NCBI GenBank assembly: GCA_044351265.1
Contig: JBILGC010000002.1
Span: 19,797 to 83,796 of the forward strand
Direction of reading: 5' to 3'
Origin: Bacteroidia bacterium
Lineage (GTDB): Bacteria > Bacteroidota > Bacteroidia > UKL13-3
Length of the DNA stretch: 64,000 nt
Shown: positions 29,984 through 40,312 of the stretch, in pieces
Numbering within the stretch: position 1 is the first letter of the stretch
Layout of the letters: each line of letters begins with the position of its first letter
Notes under the pieces: model-generated
Database searches by the model: none
Seen by the model: only the letters and a program-made list of their open reading frames with translations
What the model was told of the DNA's origin: nothing
Program-made: the position numbers and the translations under genes

Positions 29984-30808
29984 ATGGAAAGCAAATACGC
30001 ATGGCAAACCATTAAAGAATATAAGGAAATTAAGTTTTCTTTCTTTGAAGGCATTGCCAAAATAAGCATTAACAGGCCCGATAAACACAATGCCTTTACT
30101 CCGCTGACAGTAAAAGAAATGAGTGAGGCAATGGAACTTGCCCGCCAAGATGAAAACGTATATTGTGTAATACTAACCGGTGAGGGCGGTAATGCTTTTT
30201 GCAGTGGTGGCGACCAAAGTGTGCGTGGCCATGGCGGCTATGTGGGCGATGATGGTGTGCCCAGATTAAACGTGTTGGATTTACAAATGCAAATTCGCAG
30301 AATACCCAAGCCGGTTGTAGCTATGGTAGCAGGTTGGGCTATTGGCGGAGGCCATGTGCTACATGTAATTTGTGATTTGAGTATTGCAGCAGAGAATGCA
30401 CGATTTGGGCAAACAGGACCAAAAGTAGGAAGTTTTGATGGTGGCTTTGGGGCAAGTTATTTGGCCAGAATTGTGGGCCAGAAAAAAGCCAGAGAAATTT
30501 GGTATTTATGCGGCCAATACAATGCACAAGAAGCTCTTGAAATGGGTTTGGTTAACAAAGTTGTACCGCTGGAAATGCTAGAAGATACAACCATTGAGTG
30601 GTGCAGAAAAATGATGGATAAAAGCCCCATTGCTTTGCGCATGCTTAAATCTGCATTTAATGCAGAGCTTGACGGGCAGGCGGGCATACAGGAACTTGCC
30701 GGAAATGCTACCTTACTGTACTATCTAAGCGATGAGGCCAAAGAGGGAAAAAACTCGTTTTTAGAGAAGCGCAAGCCCGATTTTAAGAAGTTCCCTAAAT
30801 TTCCGTAA
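29984..30808 (+). CDS. menB: 1,4-dihydroxy-2-naphthoyl-CoA synthase
   Basis: 274 aa. Crotonase fold with …[15 protein letters not shown]… and …[15 protein letters not shown]…. Confidence 0.95.
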   Translation: MESKYAWQTIKEYKEIKFSFFEGIAKISINRPDKHNAFTPLTVKEMSEAMELARQDENVYCVILTGEGGNAFCSGGDQSVRGHGGYVGDDGVPRLNVLDLQMQIRRIPKPVVAMVAGWAIGGGHVLHVICDLSIAAENARFGQTGPKVGSFDGGFGASYLARIVGQKKAREIWYLCGQYNAQEALEMGLVNKVVPLEMLEDTTIEWCRKMMDKSPIALRMLKSAFNAELDGQAGIQELAGNATLLYYLSDEAKEGKNSFLEKRKPDFKKFPKFP

Positions 30809-30834
30809 AAGCTATTTGTGTGTTTTGGGGTTGA

Positions 30835-31356
30835 TTATTTAAACCCTATGGATGAAGGGCCTTTTTCAACCCTAGCTGCTTTCTCAAGAACCTCTTCTTT
30901 TAATTTGTCTTTATACTTTTGCATCTCATGGGCCAAATGCACAACGTGTGTGGCCAATATCTGAACTGCAAGTAAACCGGCATTTTTTGCATTGTTAATG
31001 GCAACTGCTGCTACAGGAACGCCTGCAGGCATTTGCACAATAGATAACAAAGAATCCATTCCATCAAGTGCTTTTAGTTTTACCGGAACACCAATAACAG
31101 GTAGAGAGGTAACAGAGGCAACCATACCCGGCAAATGCGCGGCACCGCCTGCTCCTGCAATAATTACTTTTAGGCCACGCTCTCTGGCTGTTTTGGCATA
31201 CTCCATCATACGCTCAGGGGTGCGGTGGGCAGAAACAACCGTTATCTCATATGCTACTTTAAAAGCATCGAGCACTTTTGCAGCTTCTTGCATCACTTCC
31301 AAATCGCTATCGCTGCCCATAATAATGCCAACTGTTTTACTCATGATATGTTGCAA
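30835..31356 (-). CDS. purE: 5-(carboxyamino)imidazole ribonucleotide mutase
   Basis: 173 aa. …[10 protein letters not shown]…, …VVSAHRTPE…, …[16 protein letters not shown]…. Confidence 0.96.
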   Translation of the reverse strand: MQHIMSKTVGIIMGSDSDLEVMQEAAKVLDAFKVAYEITVVSAHRTPERMMEYAKTARERGLKVIIAGAGGAAHLPGMVASVTSLPVIGVPVKLKALDGMDSLLSIVQMPAGVPVAAVAINNAKNAGLLAVQILATHVVHLAHEMQKYKDKLKEEVLEKAARVEKGPSSIGFK

Positions 31357-31553
31357 TTTAAATTGTACTGCGAAGTAAGGGTTTTAATTTGAAAAAGGAT
31401 ATGCCGCAAAAAGCACAATAAGCTAGGCTTAGGGATGACAACGAAAAGCCCGCAGCCAAAACAAAGTTGTGGTGATGACTTGCAGCGCGCAGCCCGGCCC
31501 CTAAATTGCTTATAAGGCCTGTGTGCAAGCGCATCAATCTGGGGAATTAATGA

Positions 31554-32720
31554 TTATTTACTCGCTACGAAAGTGAGTGTTTGATGCACTTGTTGTGCCG
31601 TTTGCCTGGCTTGAGCCAGTGTTGGCGCAATTATGGTTACATGGCCCATTTTACGGAAAGGTTTGCTTTCTTTTTTATCGTATAAATGCACATACACACC
31701 TTGCATGGCGCTAACCTCTTTAAGCCCTTGCAACAGATAGGTGCCGTTTACACCGGGGCTGCCTAGCAAATTCATCATTACTGCAGGTTGAATTAAATCT
31801 GTGCTGCCTAAGGGTAAGCCTGCCAAAATTCTTACCAACTGCTCAAACTGTGAAGTGTAGCAAGCCTCAATGGTGTGATGGCCTGAGTTATGGGGCCTTG
31901 GGGCTACTTCATTAACCAAAATATCTCCGTTTTGAGTTAAAAACATCTCAACGGCAAATACCCCTGCACTGTTAAATGCCTGCACGGTTTGATGGGCAAT
32001 GGCTCTTGCTTTTTGTGCAGTTGCATCATTGATTGTTGCAGGACAATCAAGAAGGGTTACAAGGTTGGCCTCGGCATCAAACACCATTTCAACTACCGGC
32101 CAGGTAAGAATATTTCCTTTTTTATCTACCGCTACCATAACGGATAACTCTTTTTGGCAGGGTATGAATTGCTCCAGCACGCAAGGGTCTTTAAATGGCA
32201 CGTGTTGCGTTAATGCCAACACTTGAGCAGTAGAAAATATATTTACACCTTTACCATCATATCCTTCGGTGCGCGTTTTAGCCACCATTTTTTCACCTCC
32301 CAACTGTTGAATGGCTTGTGGCCACTCATCTGGATGATTAACCAGCACAAAAGGCGCTGTGGGAATTTGGTTTGCAATAAAAAATTCTTTTTGAAGCCCC
32401 TTATCTTGTATTACCTGAAGCACTTTGGGCGATGGTATGATTTCCTTGCCTTGTTGCTCTAACTCTAGCAGGGCCTGCACGTTTACATGTTCAATTTCAT
32501 AAGTAAGCACATCGGAAATGGAGGCAAGTTCTTTTATTTGTGTTGCATCGGTTAGTTTGCCATGTATGTGTTTTTGTGCCAGCAATGCGCAAGGGCAATC
32601 AGGCGCATCCAACACATTAAAATTGATATTAAGTCTAAGTGATTCTTCAATCATCATTCGACCAAGCTGGCCACCACCAATAATACCTATTGTTTTTTTT
32701 AAGGGGTTTTGAACATCCAC
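31554..32720 (-). CDS. purK: N5-carboxyaminoimidazole ribonucleotide synthase
   Basis: 388 aa. ATP-grasp fold with N-terminal …IGIIGGGQLGRMM… It lies upstream of purE and is separated from it by a 197-bp spacer. Confidence 0.93.
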   Translation of the reverse strand: MDVQNPLKKTIGIIGGGQLGRMMIEESLRLNINFNVLDAPDCPCALLAQKHIHGKLTDATQIKELASISDVLTYEIEHVNVQALLELEQQGKEIIPSPKVLQVIQDKGLQKEFFIANQIPTAPFVLVNHPDEWPQAIQQLGGEKMVAKTRTEGYDGKGVNIFSTAQVLALTQHVPFKDPCVLEQFIPCQKELSVMVAVDKKGNILTWPVVEMVFDAEANLVTLLDCPATINDATAQKARAIAHQTVQAFNSAGVFAVEMFLTQNGDILVNEVAPRPHNSGHHTIEACYTSQFEQLVRILAGLPLGSTDLIQPAVMMNLLGSPGVNGTYLLQGLKEVSAMQGVYVHLYDKKESKPFRKMGHVTIIAPTLAQARQTAQQVHQTLTFVASK

Positions 32721-32857
32721 GGCACGAAGGTAAGAAAATTTGATGGTTGCAATAAAAAGGCCGATTAGAAGCCTTGTAATCAGGCAAGATTGTTTAAGTG
32801 ATAATAACTAGTAATAATTAAGGTAAAAGACCAATCAACCATTTGGCTTATAAACTG

Positions 32858-33373
32858 CTAAAGATTGCTAAGGTATTCTTTTAAAATAATTTTAAACCAT
32901 GATGTGAAGTGATGCGGGTGGTGATATACTTCATTAATCAGGTCGTCTATTTTAATCCAGCGGTAAGTTGCCACCTCCTCCGGATTTATTTGAGGTATGC
33001 CGTTAAATTCTCCTGTATATACAAAGTCTAGCTCATGCTCGGTTAATCCGTTTTCAAAAGGAGTACGATAAATAAAATGAAACTTCTCCTTCAGCTCGCA
33101 ATCAAAGCCCATTTCTTCCATAAGTCTGCGGTGTGCGGCATCTAACGTATTTTCATTGGCTCTGGGGTGGCTGCAACAGGTGTTGGTCCACAGGCCGCCT
33201 GAGTGGTACTTATTAAATGCGCGTTGCTGCAACAAAAGCTCTCCGTTTTTATTAAAAACAAAAACAGAAAATGCACGATGAAGTAGCGCCTTTTCATGAG
33301 CCTCTTGCTTAGCCATTAGCCCAATCTCATTATCTTGCTCATCTACTAATATTACAAATTCATCTGTTTTCAT
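32858..33373 (-). CDS. idi: Isopentenyl-diphosphate delta-isomerase, type 1 (Nudix)
   Basis: 171 aa. …HRAFSVFVFNKNGELLLQQRA…KYHSGGLWTNTCCSHP…EEMGF… Conserved Cys and Glu in the IDI-1 arrangement. Confidence 0.88.
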   Translation of the reverse strand: MKTDEFVILVDEQDNEIGLMAKQEAHEKALLHRAFSVFVFNKNGELLLQQRAFNKYHSGGLWTNTCCSHPRANENTLDAAHRRLMEEMGFDCELKEKFHFIYRTPFENGLTEHELDFVYTGEFNGIPQINPEEVATYRWIKIDDLINEVYHHPHHFTSWFKIILKEYLSNL

Positions 33374-33873
33374 TAGGCTTGAAGTTTTTGCTTTTCTGCA
33401 GGACTCAGCGCTTCGCTTGTTAACAGATAATTTATAATTTTATCCTTTAGCGTTTTGTCTTTAAGCGAAGCAACGTTGTTTAGCAAAAACGTTTTGTCTT
33501 TTGAAAGATGCTGATTGTATTGCAAAAAGACCGGTGAGTTAGATTGAATGCTGAAGCGCAGAAAAACCAATTCAACAACATCAGGTTGAAGCGTAAGTGC
33601 TTTTTCCAGCAATTCCTTGCCCTGATTAAAGGAGTTTAACTTTGACCATGGGTTAATATAATGCTTGGCCATAATCATCTTTACCGCACCCACATAACCC
33701 ATAAGCAAAGGATCGGTTGTTTTTATCTTTTCTGCCTGCACAAGAAACGTTTTGCCTGCGGCAGATTTATAAACTACCTCATCATAGGCTTTGCGTGCAT
33801 CTTGTATTGAAAATGCCTCTGTATCCGCAAGCATAATGGTTAAAAATAGCATAAATGCAGCAACTCTCATCAT
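33373..33873 (-). CDS. Hypothetical secreted protein embedded in the carotenoid operon
   Basis: 166 aa. N-terminal signal peptide (MMRVAAFMLFLTIMLADTEAF). Mostly helical and K-rich. Start and stop overlap crtB and idi (33870/33873 and 33373). Confidence 0.45.
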   Translation of the reverse strand: MMRVAAFMLFLTIMLADTEAFSIQDARKAYDEVVYKSAAGKTFLVQAEKIKTTDPLLMGYVGAVKMIMAKHYINPWSKLNSFNQGKELLEKALTLQPDVVELVFLRFSIQSNSPVFLQYNQHLSKDKTFLLNNVASLKDKTLKDKIINYLLTSEALSPAEKQKLQA

Positions 33874-34706
33874 AACAAGTTAAAACTATGCCTAAGGTAT
33901 GAGCCGAAAAACAATGCTATTTTCTTCTTATCATCTATTCTAACGCGCTCATTCATGATACGCTGTGGTGGCATATTCATTATTTTTTTAAGCAGGTTTG
34001 AATAGTAGATATAAGCCACATATACGCCAAAGCGCGCATCTTTAGGTAAACGCTTAATGCCCTCCAGGCCTAATTGAAAATCGTGCTGTATATCTGCTTC
34101 TATTTCTTTTTTTGTTTCTTCATTAAAGGTGTTGTGTTGCAATTGAGGGAAATAAGCTCGACCCAGCTGCTGCACATCGTCATTAAAATCACGAAGGAAA
34201 TTTATTTTCTGAAAAGCAGAACCCAGCTTCATAGCATAAGGAGTAAGCTCCTTGTATACCTTCTCATCGCCCTCTACAAAAACTTTAAGACACATTAAAC
34301 CAACCACCTCGGCAGAACCCAAAATATATTCTTCATAACCTTTTTGATCGTAGGCCTGCTTATTCAAATCCATTTCCATGCTGTGCAGAAATGTTTCAAT
34401 TAACCAGGGGTCAATATGGTATTGCCTAACCACCTGCTGAAAACTGTTTAACACAGGGTTTATGCTAATGCCCCTTTCTATGGCGGTCCATGTTTCGTTT
34501 TTAAACTCTTCCAACAAAAGCCCTTTATCATAATCATGAAAAGTATCTACAATCTCATCGGCAAATCTTACAAAACCATATATGGCATAAATGGGGTTGT
34601 GCAATTTTTTTGCTAAAAATTTAATGCCTAAAGAAAAGGATGTGCTGTAGGCATTGGTTACCATTTTGCTGGTGCGTATTGAAACGGAATCAAATAATGC
34701 TTTCAT
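33870..34706 (-). CDS. crtB: Phytoene synthase
   Basis: 278 aa. Squalene/phytoene synthase family: …YAIYGFVRFADEIVDT… (first Asp-rich motif) and …YYSNLL… (second motif region). Confidence 0.9.
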   Translation of the reverse strand: MKALFDSVSIRTSKMVTNAYSTSFSLGIKFLAKKLHNPIYAIYGFVRFADEIVDTFHDYDKGLLLEEFKNETWTAIERGISINPVLNSFQQVVRQYHIDPWLIETFLHSMEMDLNKQAYDQKGYEEYILGSAEVVGLMCLKVFVEGDEKVYKELTPYAMKLGSAFQKINFLRDFNDDVQQLGRAYFPQLQHNTFNEETKKEIEADIQHDFQLGLEGIKRLPKDARFGVYVAYIYYSNLLKKIMNMPPQRIMNERVRIDDKKKIALFFGSYLRHSFNLL

Positions 34707-34720
34707 GGTTTTTTATAAGT

Positions 34721-36223
34721 TTAGTTGGCAGCCATGCTTGTAGCATGTGCCTTTGTTAAAAATTCTTTTTCTATTTGTGCTGCTACCACTTTGCCGCTTA
34801 TAATACTTGGCGGCAAGCCGGGGCCTGGCACGGTAAGCTGGCCTGCAAAAAACAGGTTGCTAATTTTTTTGCTTTTAAGGCTGGGTTTAAGTATGGCTGT
34901 TTGCGAGAGGGTATTGGCAAGGCCATAAGCATTGCCTTTAAAGGAATGATAATCGTTTACGAAATCTCTGAATGCATAAGATCTTTTATACACCACATGT
35001 TGCTTGATACTATTGCCTGTTAGTTTTTCAAGCCTTTGCATCAGCATATCAAAATATTGTTCTCTTACCTCATCGGTATCCTCAAGGCCCGGTGCTACCG
35101 GTATTAATAGAAATAAGTTTTCCTGCCCCTGTGGCGCAACATTGGGATCTGTAATAGAGGGAACAGAAGCATAAAACAATGGGTTGGCCGGCCACTGCGG
35201 GTTTTCATAAATCTCCTTGGCGTGGGCATTAAAATCTGCATCAAAAAACAGATTGTGGTGCCTAAGGTTATTTAGTTTTTTGTTGAGACCAACATAATAT
35301 AACAAGCAGGAAGGCGCCATTTTTCTTGAGTTCCAGTATTGCTCGGTATAGTTTCTTTTATCTGCCGGCAGCAAGTGCTGGTCAATGTGGCGATAATCTC
35401 CTGCACCCACAATTACATCGGCTTCAAATACACCTTGATTGGTAACTACTCTATTGGCTATTGTGCCATGTGTTTCTATTTTTAAAACCTCATGACCCAA
35501 TTTAATTTCTGCACCCATTTGGGTTGCAATTTTTTCAAACGCTTTTATTATTTGGTGCATGCCACCCATGGGATACCAGGTTCCCAAACTCATATCGGCA
35601 TAATTCATTAGGCTATATAGCGCTGGGGTATTGCCCGGCATAGCTCCTAAAAATAAAACAGGAAACTCTAACAATTCAGTTAAAAACGGGTGCGATACAA
35701 ATTGCCTAATATGCTTTTTCATACTGGTAAGCACGTCCATTTTAAGCAATCCTTTAAGCAGGCGCATATCGGCAAACTCAAGCAGGCTTAAGCTAGGCTT
35801 ATAAACCAAATCGTTAATACCCACCTGATATTTATATGCTGCTTCTTTTAAAAACTGCCTAAGGCGAAGGCTGCTGCCTTTTTCAAAGCGCTCAAACAAT
35901 TGCTCAAGCTCCTGCATATTGGCAGGAATATCTACCGCTTCTCCGTTTTTTGCAAAAACCCTGTAGGATGGATTAAGCCTTTTTAGCTCGTAAAAATCGG
36001 CCGTAGTATGACCAAAATCATTATAAAATCTTTCAAAAACATCTGGCATCCAGTACCAACTTGGGCCCATATCAAACAAAAAGCCCTTTGCATCAAACAC
36101 CCTTGCTCTACCTCCGGCCTGATTATTTTTTTCAAGCACGGTAACCTGCATTCCCTTTTTAGCAAGATATGACGCGGCAGAAAGGCCTGCTACTCCTGAC
36201 CCTATGACAATAGCTTTTTTCAC
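34721..36223 (-). CDS. crtI: Phytoene desaturase
   Basis: 500 aa. FAD fold …KAIVIGSGVAGLSAASYLAKKGMQVTVLEKNNQAGGRA… and a CrtI-type C-terminal region. Confidence 0.88.
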   Translation of the reverse strand: MKKAIVIGSGVAGLSAASYLAKKGMQVTVLEKNNQAGGRARVFDAKGFLFDMGPSWYWMPDVFERFYNDFGHTTADFYELKRLNPSYRVFAKNGEAVDIPANMQELEQLFERFEKGSSLRLRQFLKEAAYKYQVGINDLVYKPSLSLLEFADMRLLKGLLKMDVLTSMKKHIRQFVSHPFLTELLEFPVLFLGAMPGNTPALYSLMNYADMSLGTWYPMGGMHQIIKAFEKIATQMGAEIKLGHEVLKIETHGTIANRVVTNQGVFEADVIVGAGDYRHIDQHLLPADKRNYTEQYWNSRKMAPSCLLYYVGLNKKLNNLRHHNLFFDADFNAHAKEIYENPQWPANPLFYASVPSITDPNVAPQGQENLFLLIPVAPGLEDTDEVREQYFDMLMQRLEKLTGNSIKQHVVYKRSYAFRDFVNDYHSFKGNAYGLANTLSQTAILKPSLKSKKISNLFFAGQLTVPGPGLPPSIISGKVVAAQIEKEFLTKAHATSMAAN

Positions 36224-36281
36224 AAACGGTGGTTTGTTTAATTTTTAGAACATACAAGTTAGACAAAAGTTTGGTTATTTG

Positions 36282-38711
36282 TTAAAACTCCGCTATGAAG
36301 CCAAAAGTGGGCAAGAAGGTGTCGTTAACATTATTTAACACAATCGGTATGGCATTGCTGCCATTTTGCCGCACCGGTTTTCCATCATTTGTGGCCCAAC
36401 CGCTATTATCTGCCGTGCGCTGAAAGGTGAATTGAGGCGTGGCCGGATTTGAATTGCGGGTTACATTCTGAATATCTAGGAATATGTCAAGTGTTATGCG
36501 CTTAAAATTAAACTTCTTATCTACCCTAATATCGGTTTGGTTAAAACCGCCAAGCCTAAGCGTGTTTAAATCACCGTAATTAAATGTACCTGTGCCGGTT
36601 AGTAAATAATTTTGCTGTGAGGCGGCTAGGTCAAATGGTGTGTATGGAGAGCCGCCCGCAAAACGATGCTTAACACCTATTTCCCAGCCATGCGGTAGTT
36701 TATATCCGGCTATGGCAGAAAGCAGATGCCTATTGTCCCAGGCAGATGCTATGTAGCGTCCATCTGTTCCGCTAAATTGGCTCACAAATAAGGTGTAAGA
36801 AATGGTGGTATAGAAATTTTTGGTAAGCTTTTGCTGAAAAAACACTTCCGCACCATAAGCACGGCCTTTTCCGGAACTAATTGTTTTTTCATTGCCAATG
36901 GCACCAAACTCAGTGCCCTGATTTGCCAGCGATATACCTGTAGCAGCCGATACCGCATACTGGTTATATTGCTTAAAAAAGCCTTCAACGGTTATTCTGG
37001 TGGCATTGGTTGGCAAAAACTCAACCCCCGCCACATAATGGTTTACTGCCAAGTATTCATTGTCTTTGTTTACCAAATTGCCGGTGGCATCTCTAAAACC
37101 AAGCACAGTATAAATAGGTAGTTTATAATAACGGCCAATAGTTGCATTAATATTCCATTGCTCAGTAAGGGCATAGCTTGCAGAAAAGCGTGGCGAAATC
37201 GTGCGCCAAAACTCATTTCCGTTTTTGGTAAAGGTATTGCCATCAGCCCTTACGCCAAGGGTTAGTGAAAGCCTATCACCTGCAAGTTTACGGTTTGCCT
37301 CGCCAAAAAATCCGTATCTGAAAAACTCAATAGCCGAATTAAGTTGAACATTTAAGGCAGGTATACTATCTGCTTGGTTGGTGCCTTTAATGGCATTTCT
37401 AACACGTGTAAAACCTTCGTTGCTAAATTTAACATACTGAAAAACCCCGCCATAACTATATTTCCAATTACCAATGTATTTATTTACATCCAGTCTGAAT
37501 TTGTTTTCTATTTCTCGTGAGCGAATTTTCAATACACGGAAAGATTCTTCATTATGCCTGCCATCTTCAAAACGGTCAAGTCTGTTTTCAAACATGTTTC
37601 TGCTTGCCGAAATATTAAGTACTCCGTTGTTAATGCGCCTTTTTACCAAGGCACCAAAAGTATAATTCCACTGATTAATTATGGGGTTTGAGCGAATGGC
37701 ATATTCCTTTTCTGGAGTTGACTCCTTAGGCACAGCAAAACTAAATTCATCTATAGCGCCCACACCTAAGGTAGTTAGGGTTGTTTTATCGTTGAGGCGT
37801 GTGGTTGTTTTGTATTGAAAATCCCAGTAGTTAGGCCTGATGGGCAAATCAATAGCCTGAAACAAAAATTGAAGATAGCTTCTGCGTGCCGATGCAAGAA
37901 AGGTGGTATTATTGGTTAGCGGCCCATCAAGGGTTAAGCCAAACTCTGATGCGCTTAACCGTGCATTGCCCTGCACCCGCTCTTTGTTTCCTTCCTTTTG
38001 TTTAAATGCAATAACCGAAGAAAGCGCATTGTCATAACGTGCACCAAAACTACTTGAGCTTAGGGTTACATCTTCAATAAAGCTTACGTTTAAAATACCC
38101 TGCGGCCCGCCCGTACTGCCTTGTGTAGAAAAATGGTTGATGACCGGAATTTCTATTCCGTCCAGATAAAAAACATTTTCATTGGGCCCGCCACCGCGTA
38201 TTATAATGTCATTTCTAAATGCGGCACCGCCTGTGCTTCCGCCCACGCCCGGCAAAGCCTGAATAACACGTGAAATATCAAAATTGCCCCCGGGGTTGCT
38301 TCTTATTTCTTCGGCCGTAAGGCTTTGAACCGAAAGAGGTGTTTCTGTTTTTTTGCCAAAGGTACGGCCCTGCACCACTACCTCGTTCAGGTTTTTAGAT
38401 TCGGGCTCTAACTCAATATTGTAATTAAGAATATTGCCAGTGGTAACCACGGCATTAAAAACAGTTTTGGGTTTATAACCAACGTATTGAATAAGAAGAT
38501 TATACGATTTGGGTGGAATATTGATGATTTTAAACCTGCCATTTGCATCGGTTTGTGCGCCAAGGCTTGTGCCCTCAAGCGTAATGGTTGCACCTATTAG
38601 CAACTCCTGCGTGTTGCGATCTTTAACTTGGCCGGTAATGGTGCCGTATTTTTGGGCAAACACTTTTGCATGCAATAGGGTTATAAGAATATACAGTTTA
38701 ATTATTTTCAT
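36282..38711 (-). CDS. TonB-dependent outer-membrane receptor with an N-terminal carboxypeptidase-regulatory-like domain
   Basis: 809 aa. Signal peptide, then …GTITGQVKDRNTQELLIGATITLEGTSLGAQTDANGRFKI… (CarbopepD_reg-like), a plug region, and a long beta-barrel ending in an aromatic residue (…FIAEF). Confidence 0.75.
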   Translation of the reverse strand: MKIIKLYILITLLHAKVFAQKYGTITGQVKDRNTQELLIGATITLEGTSLGAQTDANGRFKIINIPPKSYNLLIQYVGYKPKTVFNAVVTTGNILNYNIELEPESKNLNEVVVQGRTFGKKTETPLSVQSLTAEEIRSNPGGNFDISRVIQALPGVGGSTGGAAFRNDIIIRGGGPNENVFYLDGIEIPVINHFSTQGSTGGPQGILNVSFIEDVTLSSSSFGARYDNALSSVIAFKQKEGNKERVQGNARLSASEFGLTLDGPLTNNTTFLASARRSYLQFLFQAIDLPIRPNYWDFQYKTTTRLNDKTTLTTLGVGAIDEFSFAVPKESTPEKEYAIRSNPIINQWNYTFGALVKRRINNGVLNISASRNMFENRLDRFEDGRHNEESFRVLKIRSREIENKFRLDVNKYIGNWKYSYGGVFQYVKFSNEGFTRVRNAIKGTNQADSIPALNVQLNSAIEFFRYGFFGEANRKLAGDRLSLTLGVRADGNTFTKNGNEFWRTISPRFSASYALTEQWNINATIGRYYKLPIYTVLGFRDATGNLVNKDNEYLAVNHYVAGVEFLPTNATRITVEGFFKQYNQYAVSAATGISLANQGTEFGAIGNEKTISSGKGRAYGAEVFFQQKLTKNFYTTISYTLFVSQFSGTDGRYIASAWDNRHLLSAIAGYKLPHGWEIGVKHRFAGGSPYTPFDLAASQQNYLLTGTGTFNYGDLNTLRLGGFNQTDIRVDKKFNFKRITLDIFLDIQNVTRNSNPATPQFTFQRTADNSGWATNDGKPVRQNGSNAIPIVLNNVNDTFLPTFGFIAEF

Positions 38712-38836
38712 TGGTTGAAGGTGGTTACATCCTATTAAAAGATTTTATCAGGAAATTGTTTAATAAAAAATATAAAGTTGAACTTTGATGATCTTTAAAC
38801 ACGCGCACAAACTATAAACATACCGCTTTTAATTAC

Positions 38837-40312
38837 ATGAAACACATCCTCATCATCGGTTCGGGCATAGCAGGCATTGCCACATCCATTAGGTTGGCTT
38901 GCGCAGGCTATCGTGTTTCGGTTTTAGAAGCCAATGCCTATCCGGGAGGAAAACTATCTGAGGTAAATGGCAACGGCTTTAGATTTGATGCGGGCCCTTC
39001 CCTATTTACTTTGCCGCACCAGGTTGATGAATTGTTTACCCTTGCAGGAAAAAACCCTGCTGATTATTTTAATTACATACAACTGGAAAAAGCGTGTTGC
39101 TATTTTTTTGATGATGGCATACGCTTTGCAGCCTACCATAATCAGGAGTTAATGGCGGCCGAACTAAAATCGCAATTGGGTATTGCTGATGTGTCGCCCT
39201 TTTTTAATCATTTAAAAAATGCGCAATTCCGCTATGAGCTCACTGCGCCTATTTTTATAAAGCACAGCCTTCACCGGATAAACAGCTACACCAAACTCCA
39301 AACCCTAAAAGGTATAGCAAATGCATGGCGAATTGGCCTTTGGGGCAGCATGAATGCAGAAAACAAACGTGTGCTTAAAAGCCCCCATCTGGTTCAATAC
39401 TTTAACCGCTTTGCAACCTATAATGGCAGTAGTCCCTACAAAGCCCCTGCCCTGCTCAATATGATACCACACTTGGAACATGGCATTGGATCTTTTTTTC
39501 CGGTGGGTGGTATGCACCAAATTACACAAAGCCTATTTAAACTGGCAAAGGAGCTGGGCGTTTCCTTTCATTTCAATGCTCGGGTTGAGGAGATTATTAC
39601 AGATAAGAAAAGAACAACAGGTGCAATAGCTAACGGCAAGCCTATAGCGGCTGATTATGTGGTGAGCAATGCCGATGTGCATCAAACCTATCGCAGGTTA
39701 TTGCCCGGGCATAAAGCCCCTGAAAAAATTCTGAAACAAGAAAAATCATCGTCTGCACTTATTTTTTACTGGGGCATAAGCAACACGTTTGCGCAACTGG
39801 ATTTGCACAATGTGTTTTTTTCATCAAACTATGAGGCAGAGTTTGATTGCCTGTTTAATAAAAAAACCATTTTCGCAGACCCAACTGTTTATATAAATAT
39901 TACCTCTAAATACGCTCCGGCAGATGCTCCGGCAGGTTGCGAAAACTGGTTTGTGATGATAAACGTGCCCAACAACAGTGGTCAGGATTGGGATACCGAA
40001 ATAAAGAAAGCAAAAACCTATATCATTAAAAAATTATCGCGATTGCTCCATACAGAAATTGAACCATTAATTACATATGAATCTGTTTTAGATCCGCGAA
40101 GCATTGAGCAAAAAACCGGTAGTTTTGCAGGAGCGCTTTATGGCAATGCAAGCAACAATATGTTTGCTGCATTTTTGCGTCATAAAAACTTTAGCAGCAA
40201 TATCAAGGGTTTGTATTTTTGCGGGGGCAGCGTGCACCCGGGTGGCGGCATACCGCTTTGCCTAAACAGTGCTCGCATTGTGGCACAACTTATAAATGAA
40301 GATGATGCATGA
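38837..40312 (+). CDS. Phytoene-desaturase-family FAD oxidoreductase (CrtD-like carotenoid desaturase)
   Basis: 491 aa. …ILIIGSGIAGIATSIRLACAGYRVSVLEANAYPGGKL… Whole-length CrtI/CrtD family architecture. Divergent from the crtI operon. Confidence 0.7.
   Translation: MKHILIIGSGIAGIATSIRLACAGYRVSVLEANAYPGGKLSEVNGNGFRFDAGPSLFTLPHQVDELFTLAGKNPADYFNYIQLEKACCYFFDDGIRFAAYHNQELMAAELKSQLGIADVSPFFNHLKNAQFRYELTAPIFIKHSLHRINSYTKLQTLKGIANAWRIGLWGSMNAENKRVLKSPHLVQYFNRFATYNGSSPYKAPALLNMIPHLEHGIGSFFPVGGMHQITQSLFKLAKELGVSFHFNARVEEIITDKKRTTGAIANGKPIAADYVVSNADVHQTYRRLLPGHKAPEKILKQEKSSSALIFYWGISNTFAQLDLHNVFFSSNYEAEFDCLFNKKTIFADPTVYINITSKYAPADAPAGCENWFVMINVPNNSGQDWDTEIKKAKTYIIKKLSRLLHTEIEPLITYESVLDPRSIEQKTGSFAGALYGNASNNMFAAFLRHKNFSSNIKGLYFCGGSVHPGGGIPLCLNSARIVAQLINEDDA

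Noticed and set aside
31357-31553. Possible GC-rich hairpin in the purK-purE spacer (…gcagcgcgcagcccggcccc…)
   Set aside because: The complementary segments are direct rather than inverted repeats. No convincing stem-loop or terminator.
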